A stretch of DNA of 59,061 nucleotides from a virus (Duplodnaviria > Caudoviricetes), in the IMG/VR virus record IMGVR_UViG_3300045284_000289, positions 1-59,061 of that record. The stretch is one strand, 5' to 3'. Positions 45,788 to 55,784 of the stretch are shown piece by piece. The notes under the pieces are model-generated. The model saw only the letters and a list, made by a program, of their open reading frames with translations, had not been told where the DNA came from and made no database searches. Made by a program: the position numbers and the translations under genes. The number at the start of each line of letters is the position of its first letter. Positions within the stretch are counted from its first letter, which is position 1.

Positions 45788-46131
45788 CCGAGGTGGCCCT
45801 CCCAGACTGGGTGCCCATCACAGGGCTGGTCGCGGCGGTGGCGACCGCCGTCGTGTCCGCCGTGCGGATACGTCCGGAGTCACGGAAAATGCGGCAGGAC
45901 GGGACCGCCGCGTTGATGACCAGCACCGGCGCCATGGTCGTCAACTTCCAGGGGGAAATGGACGACCTACGGGCTGAGGTGAAAGAACTCAGGCAGTGGC
46001 GTAACCGGAAGGAAACGTGGGATCGGATCCATTCCCGGTGGGATATTCAGGTGGTGAAGTTGTTGTCCACGGCGGGGATCGACGTCCCGGACCCGCCGCC
46101 CCTGTTCGATGATGGAGGTACGGCGGCATGA
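45784..46131 (+). CDS. TM + coiled-coil lysis-associated protein
   Basis: N-terminal TM, MDDLRAEVKELRQ, PDPPP. Confidence 0.7.
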   Translation: MTEVALPDWVPITGLVAAVATAVVSAVRIRPESRKMRQDGTAALMTSTGAMVVNFQGEMDDLRAEVKELRQWRNRKETWDRIHSRWDIQVVKLLSTAGIDVPDPPPLFDDGGTAA

Positions 46132-46520
46132 ACTTTTTCCGCAGGTTCCCGGTGGCGCTGGTACAGGGCACCGTGGTGCCGATCCTGATCGCGCTGGTTC
46201 CGGTGCTCGGGCTCACCGCCGAGCAGACCGGCGCGGTGGACACCGTGCTGTTGGCGTTGGGTGGTGTGGTCGCGGCGTTCGGGGTCGCGGTCGACGCGGG
46301 CCTGCCGCTGCTCGCCGGGCTGGCGAAGGCGGCGCTCGCCGCGGTGCTGACGTTCGGGGTGCACGTGCCGGAGGCGTGGCAGACCGCCGGGTTGGCGGCG
46401 TTCTCGATGCTGGTGGCCGCGTGGATCCACGGCGCGGTGACCGCGAAGGAACCGGCGAAGGTCATCCCGCTGAAGGTGCGGGTCCCACCGCCGCCTGGGG
46501 GGCAGCGGGACGCGGCCTGA
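46128..46520 (+). CDS. Holin
   Basis: Four TM segments with duplicated LTAEQTG / VPEAWQT; last gene of the late operon. Confidence 0.7.
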   Translation: MNFFRRFPVALVQGTVVPILIALVPVLGLTAEQTGAVDTVLLALGGVVAAFGVAVDAGLPLLAGLAKAALAAVLTFGVHVPEAWQTAGLAAFSMLVAAWIHGAVTAKEPAKVIPLKVRVPPPPGGQRDAA

Positions 46521-46531
46521 CCGGGGACATG

Positions 46532-46575
46532 GTGACGCCCCACCTGGTATCTGGGGGAAGCCGGTGGGGCGTCAC
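46532..46575. terminator. Hairpin at the convergence of the late and left-going operons
   Basis: GTGACGCCCCACC / GGTGGGGCGTCAC 13-bp stem. Confidence 0.65.
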
Positions 46576-46634
46576 GTGTCGGGCCCGGGGCGGTCGGGGG
46601 GACGTTGTCGGGTCGACCCCCCGCACTGTACTGC

Positions 46635-46868
46635 CTAGTCGGGGCTGTGGGCGTGGATGAATGTCAGCGCGGCGATCAGGGTGGTGAGGCTGGCGGCGTG
46701 GTCTGCTTCGAGCCGGGTCAGGGTGCTGGGTGCGATGCCCATGTCGCGGGCGGCGGCGCGGACACCGATACCGGCGGTGGCGCGCGCGGCGCGTAGGGCG
46801 GCGGGCAGTGTGGTCAGTACCCGTCGTGCGGTGGCGATGTCGGCGGCGGGGTGGGAGCTGCTGGTCAT
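46635..46868 (-). CDS. XRE-family HTH protein
   Basis: LRAARATAGIGVRAAARDMGIAPSTLTRLE. Confidence 0.85.
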   Translation of the reverse strand: MTSSSHPAADIATARRVLTTLPAALRAARATAGIGVRAAARDMGIAPSTLTRLEADHAASLTTLIAALTFIHAHSPD

Positions 46869-47788
46869 GGTGTGGTGGGTTCGAACGCGGGCCGGGCGGG
46901 TTTCACCGGGTCGGCGGGGATGTCCTCCTCGGGTACACCCAGCTCCCCGTCCCCGTCAGGGTCGGGGTCGGTGGGGTTGTCGATGGGTAGTTCGGGCTGT
47001 TCGGCCGGGGACCGGAAGTCGATCACCGTCGGGCCGGCGCTGTTTCGCTTCGTGACCGGCGGCAGGGCCGGGGGGTGCACGTCAGCGTCCGGGCTGTCGC
47101 CTTCCCGGCGAGCGATCCCGGGCGCCATGTCGTGCGCCCACCGATCCGGTGTGAGCACACCCCGGTAGTGGGGGCCGATCTGGATCAGGATCGGCCGGTG
47201 CGGGTGCCCCATGTACAGCTGCATGGACTGCTTGCGGAGCTTCGCGACCGCCAGGAACGGCGCCAACACACCCGCCGGGATGTCGACCCGGGGCGTGGCC
47301 GGCAGCGTGTCACCCCGCACGTTGACCGGTGATTCGTGCCAGTCCTGCGGGCCCTGCGCCAGGAGCGTCCACAGCAGGCGGGGCACCGTGTCCAGGTCCC
47401 CGACATGCAGGGTGAACGCGTCGCCGGCGCTGAACAGGTCGGCCGGTTCGCGCAGGGTGATCGACGACAGGTCCCGGTCGATGTCCAGGGCGTGGTCGGG
47501 GTTGGTTTTCTCCCGAGGGGTCAGCAGGCTCCGCAGGCCGGCGACGTCCTGGACGGTGATCAGGGTGGGTTCCAGGGTCCCCTCGCAGGGGACGTGGGTG
47601 TGGCCGGCGGCGCGGCCGGCTGAGCTGGTGCCGACCAGGAGGCTGGTCAGGCCGGGGTCGGTGCCGTAGTGGCCGCGGACGGTGTGGAGCAGGATCCCGG
47701 GCATGCCGCCGATACCGTTGGTGGGCATGGTGGGGGACAGTTCCGCCAACAACTGTAGGAAACGGTGTGTGTCGATGCGGATACTCAT
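46865..47788 (-). CDS. Divergent beta-sliding-clamp-like protein
   Basis: MSIRIDT..GILLH..LLVGTSSAG..; LIQIGPHYRGVLTP; located in the DNA-metabolism arm. Confidence 0.5.
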   Translation of the reverse strand: MSIRIDTHRFLQLLAELSPTMPTNGIGGMPGILLHTVRGHYGTDPGLTSLLVGTSSAGRAAGHTHVPCEGTLEPTLITVQDVAGLRSLLTPREKTNPDHALDIDRDLSSITLREPADLFSAGDAFTLHVGDLDTVPRLLWTLLAQGPQDWHESPVNVRGDTLPATPRVDIPAGVLAPFLAVAKLRKQSMQLYMGHPHRPILIQIGPHYRGVLTPDRWAHDMAPGIARREGDSPDADVHPPALPPVTKRNSAGPTVIDFRSPAEQPELPIDNPTDPDPDGDGELGVPEEDIPADPVKPARPAFEPTTP

Positions 47789-47790
47789 GG

Positions 47791-48318
47791 TCAGTTCCCT
47801 GTGATCGGGGGCGGGGTGGCCAGGTCGGGCCACCGGACCTTGTCCAGGCTGGCGCGCTGCTCGGCGGGCAGGCTCGCTTCCGGGACGCCGTACCAGTCCA
47901 GGCCGGCGTGCCGCAGCCACCACGCGTCCACCTGGTTGTCGTCGCGGATGCGGTGCCCGGTGCGCTGGACCAACGCGGACAGCATGTCCCGCTTCTCGGC
48001 GTGCCCGTGGTTGGTGGCGTACTTCTTCAGCGTGGCTGGCGCGACCAGCGCGTAGGGGATGCGTTCCTGGATCAACAGCAGCCGCACCACCCCTTGGATC
48101 ATGCCGGTGTACCCGGCGCCCATGGCGTTGACCGGGAGGTCCTCCAGCATCGCGATGTCGATCCGCCCGTACGGTTCGAGGAGACTGTGCAGGGTCGCGG
48201 CCGTGGTGTAGAGCCGGTGGTCGCCGTCGTCGGGGTCGCCGTGGATGGTGCGGGTGCGGCCGTCGGGCAGGGCCACACCGGTGTGGGCCAGGCTGAGGTC
48301 CAGACCAATAATGTTCAC
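47791..48318 (-). CDS. ruvC: RuvC-like Holliday junction resolvase
   Basis: IIGLDLSLAHTG, MLED, PATLKKYAT..AEK, DDNQVDA. Confidence 0.9.
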   Translation of the reverse strand: MNIIGLDLSLAHTGVALPDGRTRTIHGDPDDGDHRLYTTAATLHSLLEPYGRIDIAMLEDLPVNAMGAGYTGMIQGVVRLLLIQERIPYALVAPATLKKYATNHGHAEKRDMLSALVQRTGHRIRDDNQVDAWWLRHAGLDWYGVPEASLPAEQRASLDKVRWPDLATPPPITGN

Positions 48319-48605
48319 GGGCGCTCCTGGTCCAGCGCGGCCTGTTTGCGGGCGTAGTAGTCGATGAGGGCAGCGCGCACCTCACGGCCGGCCGGGGTGA
48401 GCTGATAGGAGCCCCGGGCGCGGATGGCCCAACCATGCCTGGTCAGGGATCTGATGTGGAAGGGGTCGGATTCGCCGGTGAGCATGCCGTCGTCGGCGAA
48501 CAAGGTGAGCAGCCGTGCCACGGCGGCGGTGAATTGGACGCGGTCGCCGTTGAGGAACAAGTTGATTTTCGTGGGTTGTTCGACGTGCCGGTGTTGGTTG
48601 CGCAT
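48315..48605 (-). CDS. Small winged-helix-like protein
   Basis: IRSLTRHGW..YQLTPAGR. Confidence 0.55.
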   Translation of the reverse strand: MRNQHRHVEQPTKINLFLNGDRVQFTAAVARLLTLFADDGMLTGESDPFHIRSLTRHGWAIRARGSYQLTPAGREVRAALIDYYARKQAALDQERP

Positions 48606-48934
48606 TAGCGGACCTGCCCGTGGTCCTGGCACATACCGTTGAAGATCGGGCGCGCGCACAGCCAGCCGGGAACGATTTCCCGCCCGCACGTGGGTGCGGT
48701 CAGCAGGTCCGCGATGACGCCCCGCGCGGGCTCGTACTTCTCCTCAGGGTTGGGGGCGGTGGTGGCGTGGCTGAGGTTCAACGCGGCCACGATCGTCCGG
48801 GCGAAGTTAGGGCTCTGGGCGGTCGCCATGAGCATGCCGGTCTTCGCCGTGGCGTCCGGATCGTAGTCGGGATCGTAGATGATGGTGACGCCCCAGGACC
48901 TGCCGACACGGAACGGGCCTTCACCGCTGGTCAC
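48605..48934 (-). CDS. Hypothetical protein
   Basis: FRVGRSWGVTI..ARTIVAALN. Confidence 0.65.
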   Translation of the reverse strand: MTSGEGPFRVGRSWGVTIIYDPDYDPDATAKTGMLMATAQSPNFARTIVAALNLSHATTAPNPEEKYEPARGVIADLLTAPTCGREIVPGWLCARPIFNGMCQDHGQVR

Positions 48935-49440
48935 ACGTCACCCCCCGGTACCTGCACCAGCTCGTGCACCTCACTGTCCACACACGCCGCCCATGCGAGC
49001 GCTGGCCCCGAGTAGGTGTGGTTCGGGAGGTCCTGCCACTGCCAGTGCGTGCCGCCGTACCCGGCTCGACACAGGTATGTGCCGTCTTCCTGGTCGTGGA
49101 GCACCATCACGTACGGGGGTGGGGGTGGGTCGCCGGGGCGCCACACGTACGGGCCGGTCTTGGCCAGCTTGGCCGTGAGCCACTCGGCACGGTCCTGGGG
49201 GCCGTTCCCGTCGTACCCCGCGTCCATCATAATCTTGATCAGCTGGTTCAGCTCGGTTAGCAGGTCACCGGCCGTGTCGGGGTCTGCCACTGCGCCTTCT
49301 ACCGCCAGGTGCCACCGGGAGTGGGTACCGGTGCCCCACGCGGCGGCGGTCGGGACCACGGCCCCACACCGGCCGCATTCGCTGAGGTCGTCCCCCGCCA
49401 GCGGTCGGAGAGTCATCGGGAGCTTGTCGACGTCACCCAC
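48931..49440 (-). CDS. Hypothetical protein
   Basis: CGRCGAVV..HSRWH; coupled to neighbours. Confidence 0.6.
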   Translation of the reverse strand: MGDVDKLPMTLRPLAGDDLSECGRCGAVVPTAAAWGTGTHSRWHLAVEGAVADPDTAGDLLTELNQLIKIMMDAGYDGNGPQDRAEWLTAKLAKTGPYVWRPGDPPPPPYVMVLHDQEDGTYLCRAGYGGTHWQWQDLPNHTYSGPALAWAACVDSEVHELVQVPGGDV

Positions 49441-50209
49441 TGGTGGCCACCCCTTCCGTCGTGTCGCTGTACGGCCACTCGGCCACATCGCCGATCTGGG
49501 CTTCCCTCTCCTGGCTGTCCAGGAACGCCGGCCGTTCAGGCACCACCACCTCGTCGTTGTCGGACGCGGACAGGTGCACCGACCCGGCCCAGTCCGCCGC
49601 CTGTTCGCGCTGCTCCAGAGTCCAGTTGTCGTGGATGTGGTCCGCGGTGACGGTGACACCGACCATGGACAGCAGGTTGGACACGACCTGCGCGTCTGTG
49701 GGTGGCTCGACCAGCGCGTGTGCCGGCTCTGGCGTCGCTGGTACCGCTGGTACCGGCCCGATCGTCAGGGCCAGCCCCCAGCCCCCCGGATCCTGGTCCG
49801 GGTCCTGGGGTCTCGGGACGGGTTCGAAGCGGCCGGTCCGCTCCCCGTCGGCCCCCGTGTCCTTCTGTGCGACGGTCGGGGCCTGCTCACCCGTGCACGT
49901 CGGGCACGTCAGTTCCGCGCCGAGCACCCACTCCTGACACGCCGGGCACTGCCACTCCCGCTTTCCGGTGGTCAGTTTCCGTAGCGCGTCCAGCAGCCGC
50001 GTGTCGTCGTCCAGGTGGTGCACGCCGAGCAGGGCCGCGACGTCGGTGCGGAACTTTTCCAGGCGCCGGACCGCGTCGTCCCACTGCTGGACGTTGGCAC
50101 GGGTTGCGTGGCGCTGTTCCTCCGCGCTTTCCATGATCCGGCGTGCTTCGTTGACGATGTCGGCGAGATCGGTGACGTCCACACGGATGTAGCCGAGTTC
50201 GAAGTTCAC
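49433..50209 (-). CDS. Hypothetical protein with Zn ribbon
   Basis: WQCPAC..CPTC. Confidence 0.65.
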   Translation of the reverse strand: MNFELGYIRVDVTDLADIVNEARRIMESAEEQRHATRANVQQWDDAVRRLEKFRTDVAALLGVHHLDDDTRLLDALRKLTTGKREWQCPACQEWVLGAELTCPTCTGEQAPTVAQKDTGADGERTGRFEPVPRPQDPDQDPGGWGLALTIGPVPAVPATPEPAHALVEPPTDAQVVSNLLSMVGVTVTADHIHDNWTLEQREQAADWAGSVHLSASDNDEVVVPERPAFLDSQEREAQIGDVAEWPYSDTTEGVATSG

Positions 50210-51264
50210 TGGTTGTCTGCTTTCTCGCTGCCGGCGCCGGCGCCGGGTGGGGTTACTTCGGGCCAGTCCATGGGGGTGTTCGTGGTCCAGCCGTACGGCT
50301 GGTGAGGTTGGTCGTCCTCTTCGCCGTCGGGTTGTTCGAGATCCGGGGCCGGGTCGTCGGACGCCGGTACTGGCGCGGGAGTCTGTATCACCGGTGCCGC
50401 ACCCACAGTCACCCGTTCCAGGTCATCACTGTCGATCCGGACCTGCGGGAACTCATCCTCCACAGTGGTCTCTCGTTGGTAAATCGACCGGCCGACGGGG
50501 ATCAGGTACGCCACGTCCTGCCCGGTCCACCTCGCCACCTGGCGACCGGTCTTGCGTTCCAGTTGTTCTTGCCGCACACCGATCTCTGCGAACCTCTGAA
50601 TCAGGTCACCGATACGTTCCGCCAACGGTTTCGCGTCTTTCCCGCCGGTGGTGTTGGTCTCGGTGCACTGGGTTTTCGCCTTCTCGGTGAACCACGGGGG
50701 CAGCACGTCATAGATGCGCTCGCGGACACGCCGGGCACCAGCGTTGGCGTTGTTCTCGTAGATGTCGCGTAGGTCAGTGAGCTTCTCCTGGATCTTCTGC
50801 TTGTCCCTGCCGGACCCCGTGGTCTTGTCACGCAGGTGTTTGACGATGAACACGGTGTCCGTGCGCGTGTTGGTTTGCACGTCCCACGCGAACGCCAGCA
50901 TTTCCGACTCGCCAGCGTCGTCGTCGCGGCTTAGTTCCTTGACGCCGTACTGGATGTTGCCCCAGAGCCGCGCCAGTTCCCTAGCCAGGTGGATCGTGGG
51001 GCCGACAACGTAGTTGACCTCCCACTGCCTCGTGTCCTCGTTGTACTTCTGTCCCTTGGGGAACCGGAAGAACGCACGTTCGGCCATGTAGGACTGTTTG
51101 CACGAGTCGATCATGCGTTCCAGCGCGGCGGTCTCGTCACGTGGGCATTGCTGGGCTACCACGATCGCGCCTTGTACTTCGGCGATTACCCGGCTGGCTT
51201 CGATTTGTGTAGCCTGGCTGCGCTGCGCGGAGGGCAGTATAGACAGGGCGCGGGTATCGCTCAT
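50206..51264 (-). CDS. Putative single-strand annealing recombinase (RecT/Bet functional type)
   Basis: EVQGAIVVAQQCPRDE..GPTIHLARELAR.WGN; adjacent to the RecE-like exonuclease. Confidence 0.65.
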   Translation of the reverse strand: MSDTRALSILPSAQRSQATQIEASRVIAEVQGAIVVAQQCPRDETAALERMIDSCKQSYMAERAFFRFPKGQKYNEDTRQWEVNYVVGPTIHLARELARLWGNIQYGVKELSRDDDAGESEMLAFAWDVQTNTRTDTVFIVKHLRDKTTGSGRDKQKIQEKLTDLRDIYENNANAGARRVRERIYDVLPPWFTEKAKTQCTETNTTGGKDAKPLAERIGDLIQRFAEIGVRQEQLERKTGRQVARWTGQDVAYLIPVGRSIYQRETTVEDEFPQVRIDSDDLERVTVGAAPVIQTPAPVPASDDPAPDLEQPDGEEDDQPHQPYGWTTNTPMDWPEVTPPGAGAGSEKADNQ

Positions 51265-52265
51265 GGGGTGATGCCTTTCCGGGGGTCAGCGGGAGAGGTG
51301 GTTCCGCGTACATGGCGGGGTTTTTCCGGGTTGTCGTCGATCATGTATGTGTACGAGTACGAAGCGTATTTCGGGATGTCCACCAGCGCGATCCCGGTCG
51401 TGTACCCGGGCCAGCGGCGAGTGGTGGTGCAGTGCTGGTACCGGCGCAGCGCCTCCTCGTTCAACTGCCGGCCCCACATGAGCGTTTCCTCACCCAGCTC
51501 AACCACGCTCACCACGTAGGGTGGTTCCTTTTCTTGTACCACGAAGAGAAACGCAACGTCCTTCACCGACGCGGCCAGTCCACAGCCCACTGCCGCGCTG
51601 GCGTAGAACGCGGCCTGTTGGTGGTAGCCGTGTTCCTTCACCGCCTTGCCGAAGGCTTCCCGTTCCGCCAACCGGGCCGTCTTGTAGTCCGGTATCAACA
51701 GTCGACCGTCGGGCAGGAGATGCTGTGACAACCAGTCGAACCGGGACCGGCACCATACCTTCCCGGTCCCTTGGGTCCACGGCCCGTTGGCGTACGCCAT
51801 CTCTTCCCAGAACAGACTCGCTTCTGGTTGCCCGGTCCCGGGTTTGAACAACGCCATGGCGTCGTCGTTCTGGTGGATCGCGGCGGCCATGTCCTGGACC
51901 TGCGCCATCTCGTGGGGCAGCAACGGGATCTGCCCGGCTTCCCGCGCCCGTTCCTCCGCTTCCCGGGTGGCGGGTTTCCGGCGGTCCATGGCGTCAATCT
52001 CGACCAGCTCAGGCCCGATCCCGAGCACGAGCTTGTGGGCCGCGCTGCCGAAGTCGAACGCCGCCGTGCTGGGCCGCTTGCGGTGCCGCCAGTAGTGGTA
52101 CTTGGCCGGGCAGCCGCCGTACTTGTCGGCGTACACGTCCAGCAACGCGCGTGCCCCGCTGCTGGACAGGCTGCCGCCGGGGACCGGGTCGTTGTGGTAC
52201 TCGGCTTCGGGGATGTCATACACGCCGGGGGCGGTGATGACGGTGGGGGTGAGGTTGGTGGTCAT
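51261..52265 (-). CDS. RecE / exonuclease VIII-like PD-(D/E)XK nuclease (DUF3799-type)
   Basis: EYHND..LSSSG, FGSAAH, CRSRFDW, DYKT, GYHQQAAFY, EKEPPY. Confidence 0.88.
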   Translation of the reverse strand: MTTNLTPTVITAPGVYDIPEAEYHNDPVPGGSLSSSGARALLDVYADKYGGCPAKYHYWRHRKRPSTAAFDFGSAAHKLVLGIGPELVEIDAMDRRKPATREAEERAREAGQIPLLPHEMAQVQDMAAAIHQNDDAMALFKPGTGQPEASLFWEEMAYANGPWTQGTGKVWCRSRFDWLSQHLLPDGRLLIPDYKTARLAEREAFGKAVKEHGYHQQAAFYASAAVGCGLAASVKDVAFLFVVQEKEPPYVVSVVELGEETLMWGRQLNEEALRRYQHCTTTRRWPGYTTGIALVDIPKYASYSYTYMIDDNPEKPRHVRGTTSPADPRKGITP

Positions 52266-52714
52266 ATCGTTCCGAACTGGCCGAAGTCGGGCAGCACCTG
52301 GGCGCCGTCGGCGCGGCCCCACAGGTGCAGGGCGTGGGCGTGGATGTTGATGTGGTCGGACGCCGGGGTGAATACCTGGTAGGCCCAGCCCGTCTCGCCC
52401 CACACCGCGGCGTGCAACAGGACCAAGTCGTCGTAGATGGGCATGTGGTCGGTGTACGAGATAGACGCGTGGGTCCAGGGGTGCGTGTCGGCGGGTCTTG
52501 TGGCGGTGGACACGATCACTGACCCGTTCCCGGCGTAGGCCAGCAGCCTCCACCCATCCTGGCTGTAGCGGGCGGCGGGGGTCCAGAGGTCGCGGCCCAT
52601 GGTGTTGCGTAGCCGTAGCCCGTCGACGGTGGGTTCCCCGGCGTGTTTGGTGCCCGCGATGCCGTCCCAGGCGGCGGCGTTCCCGATGGGATCCCTGCGA
52701 GTGTGACCCGTCAT
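52262..52714 (-). CDS. Conserved phage protein
   Basis: WTHASIS..MPIYDDL..HINIHAHALHLW. Confidence 0.75.
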   Translation of the reverse strand: MTGHTRRDPIGNAAAWDGIAGTKHAGEPTVDGLRLRNTMGRDLWTPAARYSQDGWRLLAYAGNGSVIVSTATRPADTHPWTHASISYTDHMPIYDDLVLLHAAVWGETGWAYQVFTPASDHINIHAHALHLWGRADGAQVLPDFGQFGTI

Positions 52715-52932
52715 TGCGTCTCGTTCTCGTGGTAGCTGTGGGGCATACTGCAACAGTTCCCGTCAGGGGCTCTGATCACGTAGTTGTTCAGCCACAACGT
52801 GGGGCTGTGGCCGTCGGAGATCGAACGGGACCAGCGGGTGATGGTGGTCCCGTCAGCGAAGGTCAACGTCTCCTCGGGCACTGTGGAGACGATGACGGAT
52901 GGCAGCCTGAACACCCGGTCCGCGTTGCTCAT
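52711..52932 (-). CDS. Hypothetical protein
   Basis: ATGA coupling. Confidence 0.5.
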   Translation of the reverse strand: MSNADRVFRLPSVIVSTVPEETLTFADGTTITRWSRSISDGHSPTLWLNNYVIRAPDGNCCSMPHSYHENETQ

Positions 52933-52999
52933 ATTGTCCCGTATATTCCCGAGTTCAGCAACCGTCCGTCCACAATGGCCGATCCTGTTGGGCTGTTGG

Positions 53000-53473
53000 T
53001 CATGGCACCACCCGGTCGCCGTACGCGTACCCGTGCACCGCGCGGATAGCCATCGCCATCACCTCCGGCCCGGGCTGGTGCTGCGTAAGCAACACCACCA
53101 TCGCCTCCAACGCCTCATCCGGTCCCACCCGGTCGGTCAGGCCCCGGTAGGTCTGCACATAGGACGCCACCACCGCGCGGACCTCATCCGCGTCGGTCGG
53201 TTCCGGTCGCGCCATCCCGCGCCGGATACTGTCCAGTTTCGTTTTCAGGTCGTAGATGCCACGGACCGCGATAGCCATCTCCACCGCCCAGGTATCGGCG
53301 GTGACCTCCGCGTTGTGGTCGTTCAGGATGTGCGCTCCGGACGCCACCAACGCGTCCTCGGGGCTCATTTCCGTGGCGGCGGCGGCGTGGAACGCGACGT
53401 AATGGTTGACTTCCGTGGTGGCTCCTGCCACGGCTTGGTCCATGTCGGCGAGTTCGCCTGGTTCCCAGCTCAT
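53000..53473 (-). CDS. Hypothetical protein with internal duplication
   Basis: PEDALV..EMAIAVRGIY / PDEALE..AMAIRAVHGY. Confidence 0.65.
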   Translation of the reverse strand: MSWEPGELADMDQAVAGATTEVNHYVAFHAAAATEMSPEDALVASGAHILNDHNAEVTADTWAVEMAIAVRGIYDLKTKLDSIRRGMARPEPTDADEVRAVVASYVQTYRGLTDRVGPDEALEAMVVLLTQHQPGPEVMAMAIRAVHGYAYGDRVVP

Positions 53474-53775
53474 GACTCACCCCGCATGATGATCACCACG
53501 ACGACCATCGTGGCCAGCAACGTCACGACGTTCACCACGACCGCCGCGCGCACCACAACGGCGCCGCGTGCCCGGTCGGCGCGGATGTCGACGGCGGCTC
53601 GCCATGCCAGGAACAGCCCGACCGGCCACAGCCCGCACAGGCCGGTGATGAGGGCGGCCACGGCCAGCCTGGACAGCGGCGGCGGTGTCGGACGGGCCGG
53701 GAAAAACCCTGCGAGGAAACGCCCAGCCTCGCGGAGCACGTCCGCCGGGCCTTTCCACGCATCGGGGCTGGTCAT
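53470..53775 (-). CDS. DUF4190-like membrane protein
   Basis: SRLAVAALITGL..PVGLFLAWRA..RG. Confidence 0.6.
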   Translation of the reverse strand: MTSPDAWKGPADVLREAGRFLAGFFPARPTPPPLSRLAVAALITGLCGLWPVGLFLAWRAAVDIRADRARGAVVVRAAVVVNVVTLLATMVVVVIIMRGES

Positions 53776-53807
53776 GGGTGGTCCTTCCGGTGGTGTGGGC
53801 GGGCGGG

Positions 53808-54629
53808 TCACAGCAGACCGGGTCGTTGCGGGGCCGGGGGCTGGTCGAACAGAGCACCCTCCTCAGCTGGGGCTGGGGCTGGGGCCGGGGTGGGTGCGGG
53901 TGCGGGCGCGGGGGTGTACGGCCACGTCCCGTCGAAGTCACCACCCCGGCCCTGGGTCGCGAAGTACGCCTTGAGTTCCCGCTGTTGGCCGCGATACCAC
54001 TCGGCCTGCGCGGCCTGGAGACCTGGCAACGGCAGGGACCCCAGACCAGGGTGGCGGCGAGCGATTTTCCACGCCACCCGGCACGCCGCCAACGCGTCCG
54101 CGCCCGACTTGTGCGCGTCCTGGTCGGACAGGTCAACCTCGTACACCTCCTGGCACAGGTAGGCGAGCCTGCGGACACCCTTCCCGCGTCGCCGTGGCGA
54201 GACCTGTTTGTCCAGCACGAGCGGGTCGACCACGTACATCACCCCGGGGCCGCCGGTCGCCTGGGCCAACGACGGGACGTCGCCCGCGTCGGCGGCCCGC
54301 CAGTCCACCAAGGTCAGGTCGTAGGGCGAGTTGAACACCACGAGCGGCAGGCCCAAGTCGACGTACACCGCCAGGTTCTCGATCACCTCGTACAGGACGT
54401 CGTCGTGGGGCTGGCCGTGTGCGCGGGCGTGGTCGGTGGTGATGCCGTGCACGGCGGCGGCTTCGGCGGGAATCTCGATCCCGGGGTTCGCCAGCCATTC
54501 GCGGGTGGCCACGGGTTTGTGGGGGTAGACCTCCACGATGGACGCGGTCACGATCCGGGCGGTTTTCGGGTCTGTGCCAGTGGTTTCGAGGTCAAACCCG
54601 ATCATGCCGTTGTCGGCCCAGGTGAGCAC
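53808..54629 (-). CDS. DnaQ-like DEDDh 3'-5' exonuclease
   Basis: GFDLETTG, VHGIT, FNSPYDL, AHKSGADA; GAAAGGA RBS. Confidence 0.92.
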   Translation of the reverse strand: MLTWADNGMIGFDLETTGTDPKTARIVTASIVEVYPHKPVATREWLANPGIEIPAEAAAVHGITTDHARAHGQPHDDVLYEVIENLAVYVDLGLPLVVFNSPYDLTLVDWRAADAGDVPSLAQATGGPGVMYVVDPLVLDKQVSPRRRGKGVRRLAYLCQEVYEVDLSDQDAHKSGADALAACRVAWKIARRHPGLGSLPLPGLQAAQAEWYRGQQRELKAYFATQGRGGDFDGTWPYTPAPAPAPTPAPAPAPAEEGALFDQPPAPQRPGLL

Positions 54630-54662
54630 TGATGTGTCCTTTCGTGTGGGTGACACGGGGGT

Positions 54663-55064
54663 TCAGCGGGTGCGGGTGGCGTCCCGGGTGCGTAGGCCGG
54701 CCAGGGCCCCAGCGGGGACGGTGCCGGCCGCGGTGCGCAGAGCGGCGCGACGGTCGGCCGTGATCAGCTCTCGTAGCCGCCGCATGAGCGGCTGGCCGTC
54801 CAACCAGACCCGGGGTGGTATGTCGAACAGTGCGGTCATCTCGTGGTCGAACGCGTCGCACGCCATGTCACCGGACGGCCCGGGTCCGCTGACCATGGCC
54901 AGCTCGTGCTTGAACTTCAGCAGGTCCGCGCGGCGGTGGAGGAACGCGTACAGGTTGCGGCGGTGGCTGGGCAGCATGTCGGGCAGCGCGATGACGGGTT
55001 TCCCGTCGATCGGGTCTTTTGGCTGCCACACCTGGTCCTGCGCGAGGAGCGCGTGGATGTTCAC
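54663..55064 (-). CDS. Hypothetical protein
   Basis: GAGGAG RBS; coupled. Confidence 0.65.
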   Translation of the reverse strand: MNIHALLAQDQVWQPKDPIDGKPVIALPDMLPSHRRNLYAFLHRRADLLKFKHELAMVSGPGPSGDMACDAFDHEMTALFDIPPRVWLDGQPLMRRLRELITADRRAALRTAAGTVPAGALAGLRTRDATRTR

Positions 55065-55507
55065 CGTCGCTCCTCGATCATGGCGTGCGCGGCGGTCCCG
55101 CACGGCTCGTCGATCATGCCGACGTACACGCCCCACGTGGCGTCGGCGGCTGGGTCGCGCAGGGCCAGCTCGTGGTGCCGGATGTGGGCGGCCATCTCGG
55201 CGTGCGCGTCGCCGTCGTCGCCGGTGAACACGTCGTCGTCCAGGGCCAGCTCGTGCAACCGGTCACGGACCACGGCCCGGAAATACCCCTGAGGGGTGAC
55301 GTCGTCATCGTCGAACAGGCTGGCGTAGATCCCGTTCAGATCGGCGGTGTCCGACCGGTCGGCGATGACACGGCGGTAGGTGTCACGGCGGTGACGGTCG
55401 CCGCACATCGCGTACTGGGCCAGGGCGACCTTGTGTGCGTGGTCTATGCGGCACCGTTGGGTGTAGGCCATTTCGGCGGGGGTGGGGGGCAACTGTCGGA
55501 TGATCAT
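55061..55507 (-). CDS. Hypothetical protein
   Basis: Coupled ORF. Confidence 0.6.
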   Translation of the reverse strand: MIIRQLPPTPAEMAYTQRCRIDHAHKVALAQYAMCGDRHRRDTYRRVIADRSDTADLNGIYASLFDDDDVTPQGYFRAVVRDRLHELALDDDVFTGDDGDAHAEMAAHIRHHELALRDPAADATWGVYVGMIDEPCGTAAHAMIEERR

Positions 55508-55622
55508 CGCTTCTCGCTTCCGTACAGCCACAGCAGCGCGAACGCCAGCACCACGAGCAGGGTCAGGGTGGAGGCGGTGGCGGCGACGGTCGCCGCCGGG
55601 GAACGTCGAGTGTCGGTATGGG

Positions 55623-55784
55623 TCATGTCCAGTCCTGTTCCTCGTAGTAGTCCGGCAGCCGTTCCGCTTCCCGCCGGGCGCGGATCCGGTGGGAGATCCA
55701 CGCCCCCACGTCCAGCTGCCACGCGATCAGCGCGGCGAGCATCCCGAGGAGTAGCGCCAGACACAGCCAGTCCACGCCGGTCAC
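55623..55784 (-). CDS. Small membrane protein
   Basis: Single TM; coupled to 55504-55626, another TM peptide. Confidence 0.55.
   Translation of the reverse strand: MTGVDWLCLALLLGMLAALIAWQLDVGAWISHRIRARREAERLPDYYEEQDWT

Noticed and set aside
46865-48436. 523-aa ORF as listed in the track
   Set aside because: The N-terminal 216 codons overlap RuvC in another frame; the real start is likely 47788
51261-52265. Cas4 / CRISPR association
   Set aside because: Motifs and the neighbouring annealing protein fit a RecE-type recombination exonuclease; no array is present
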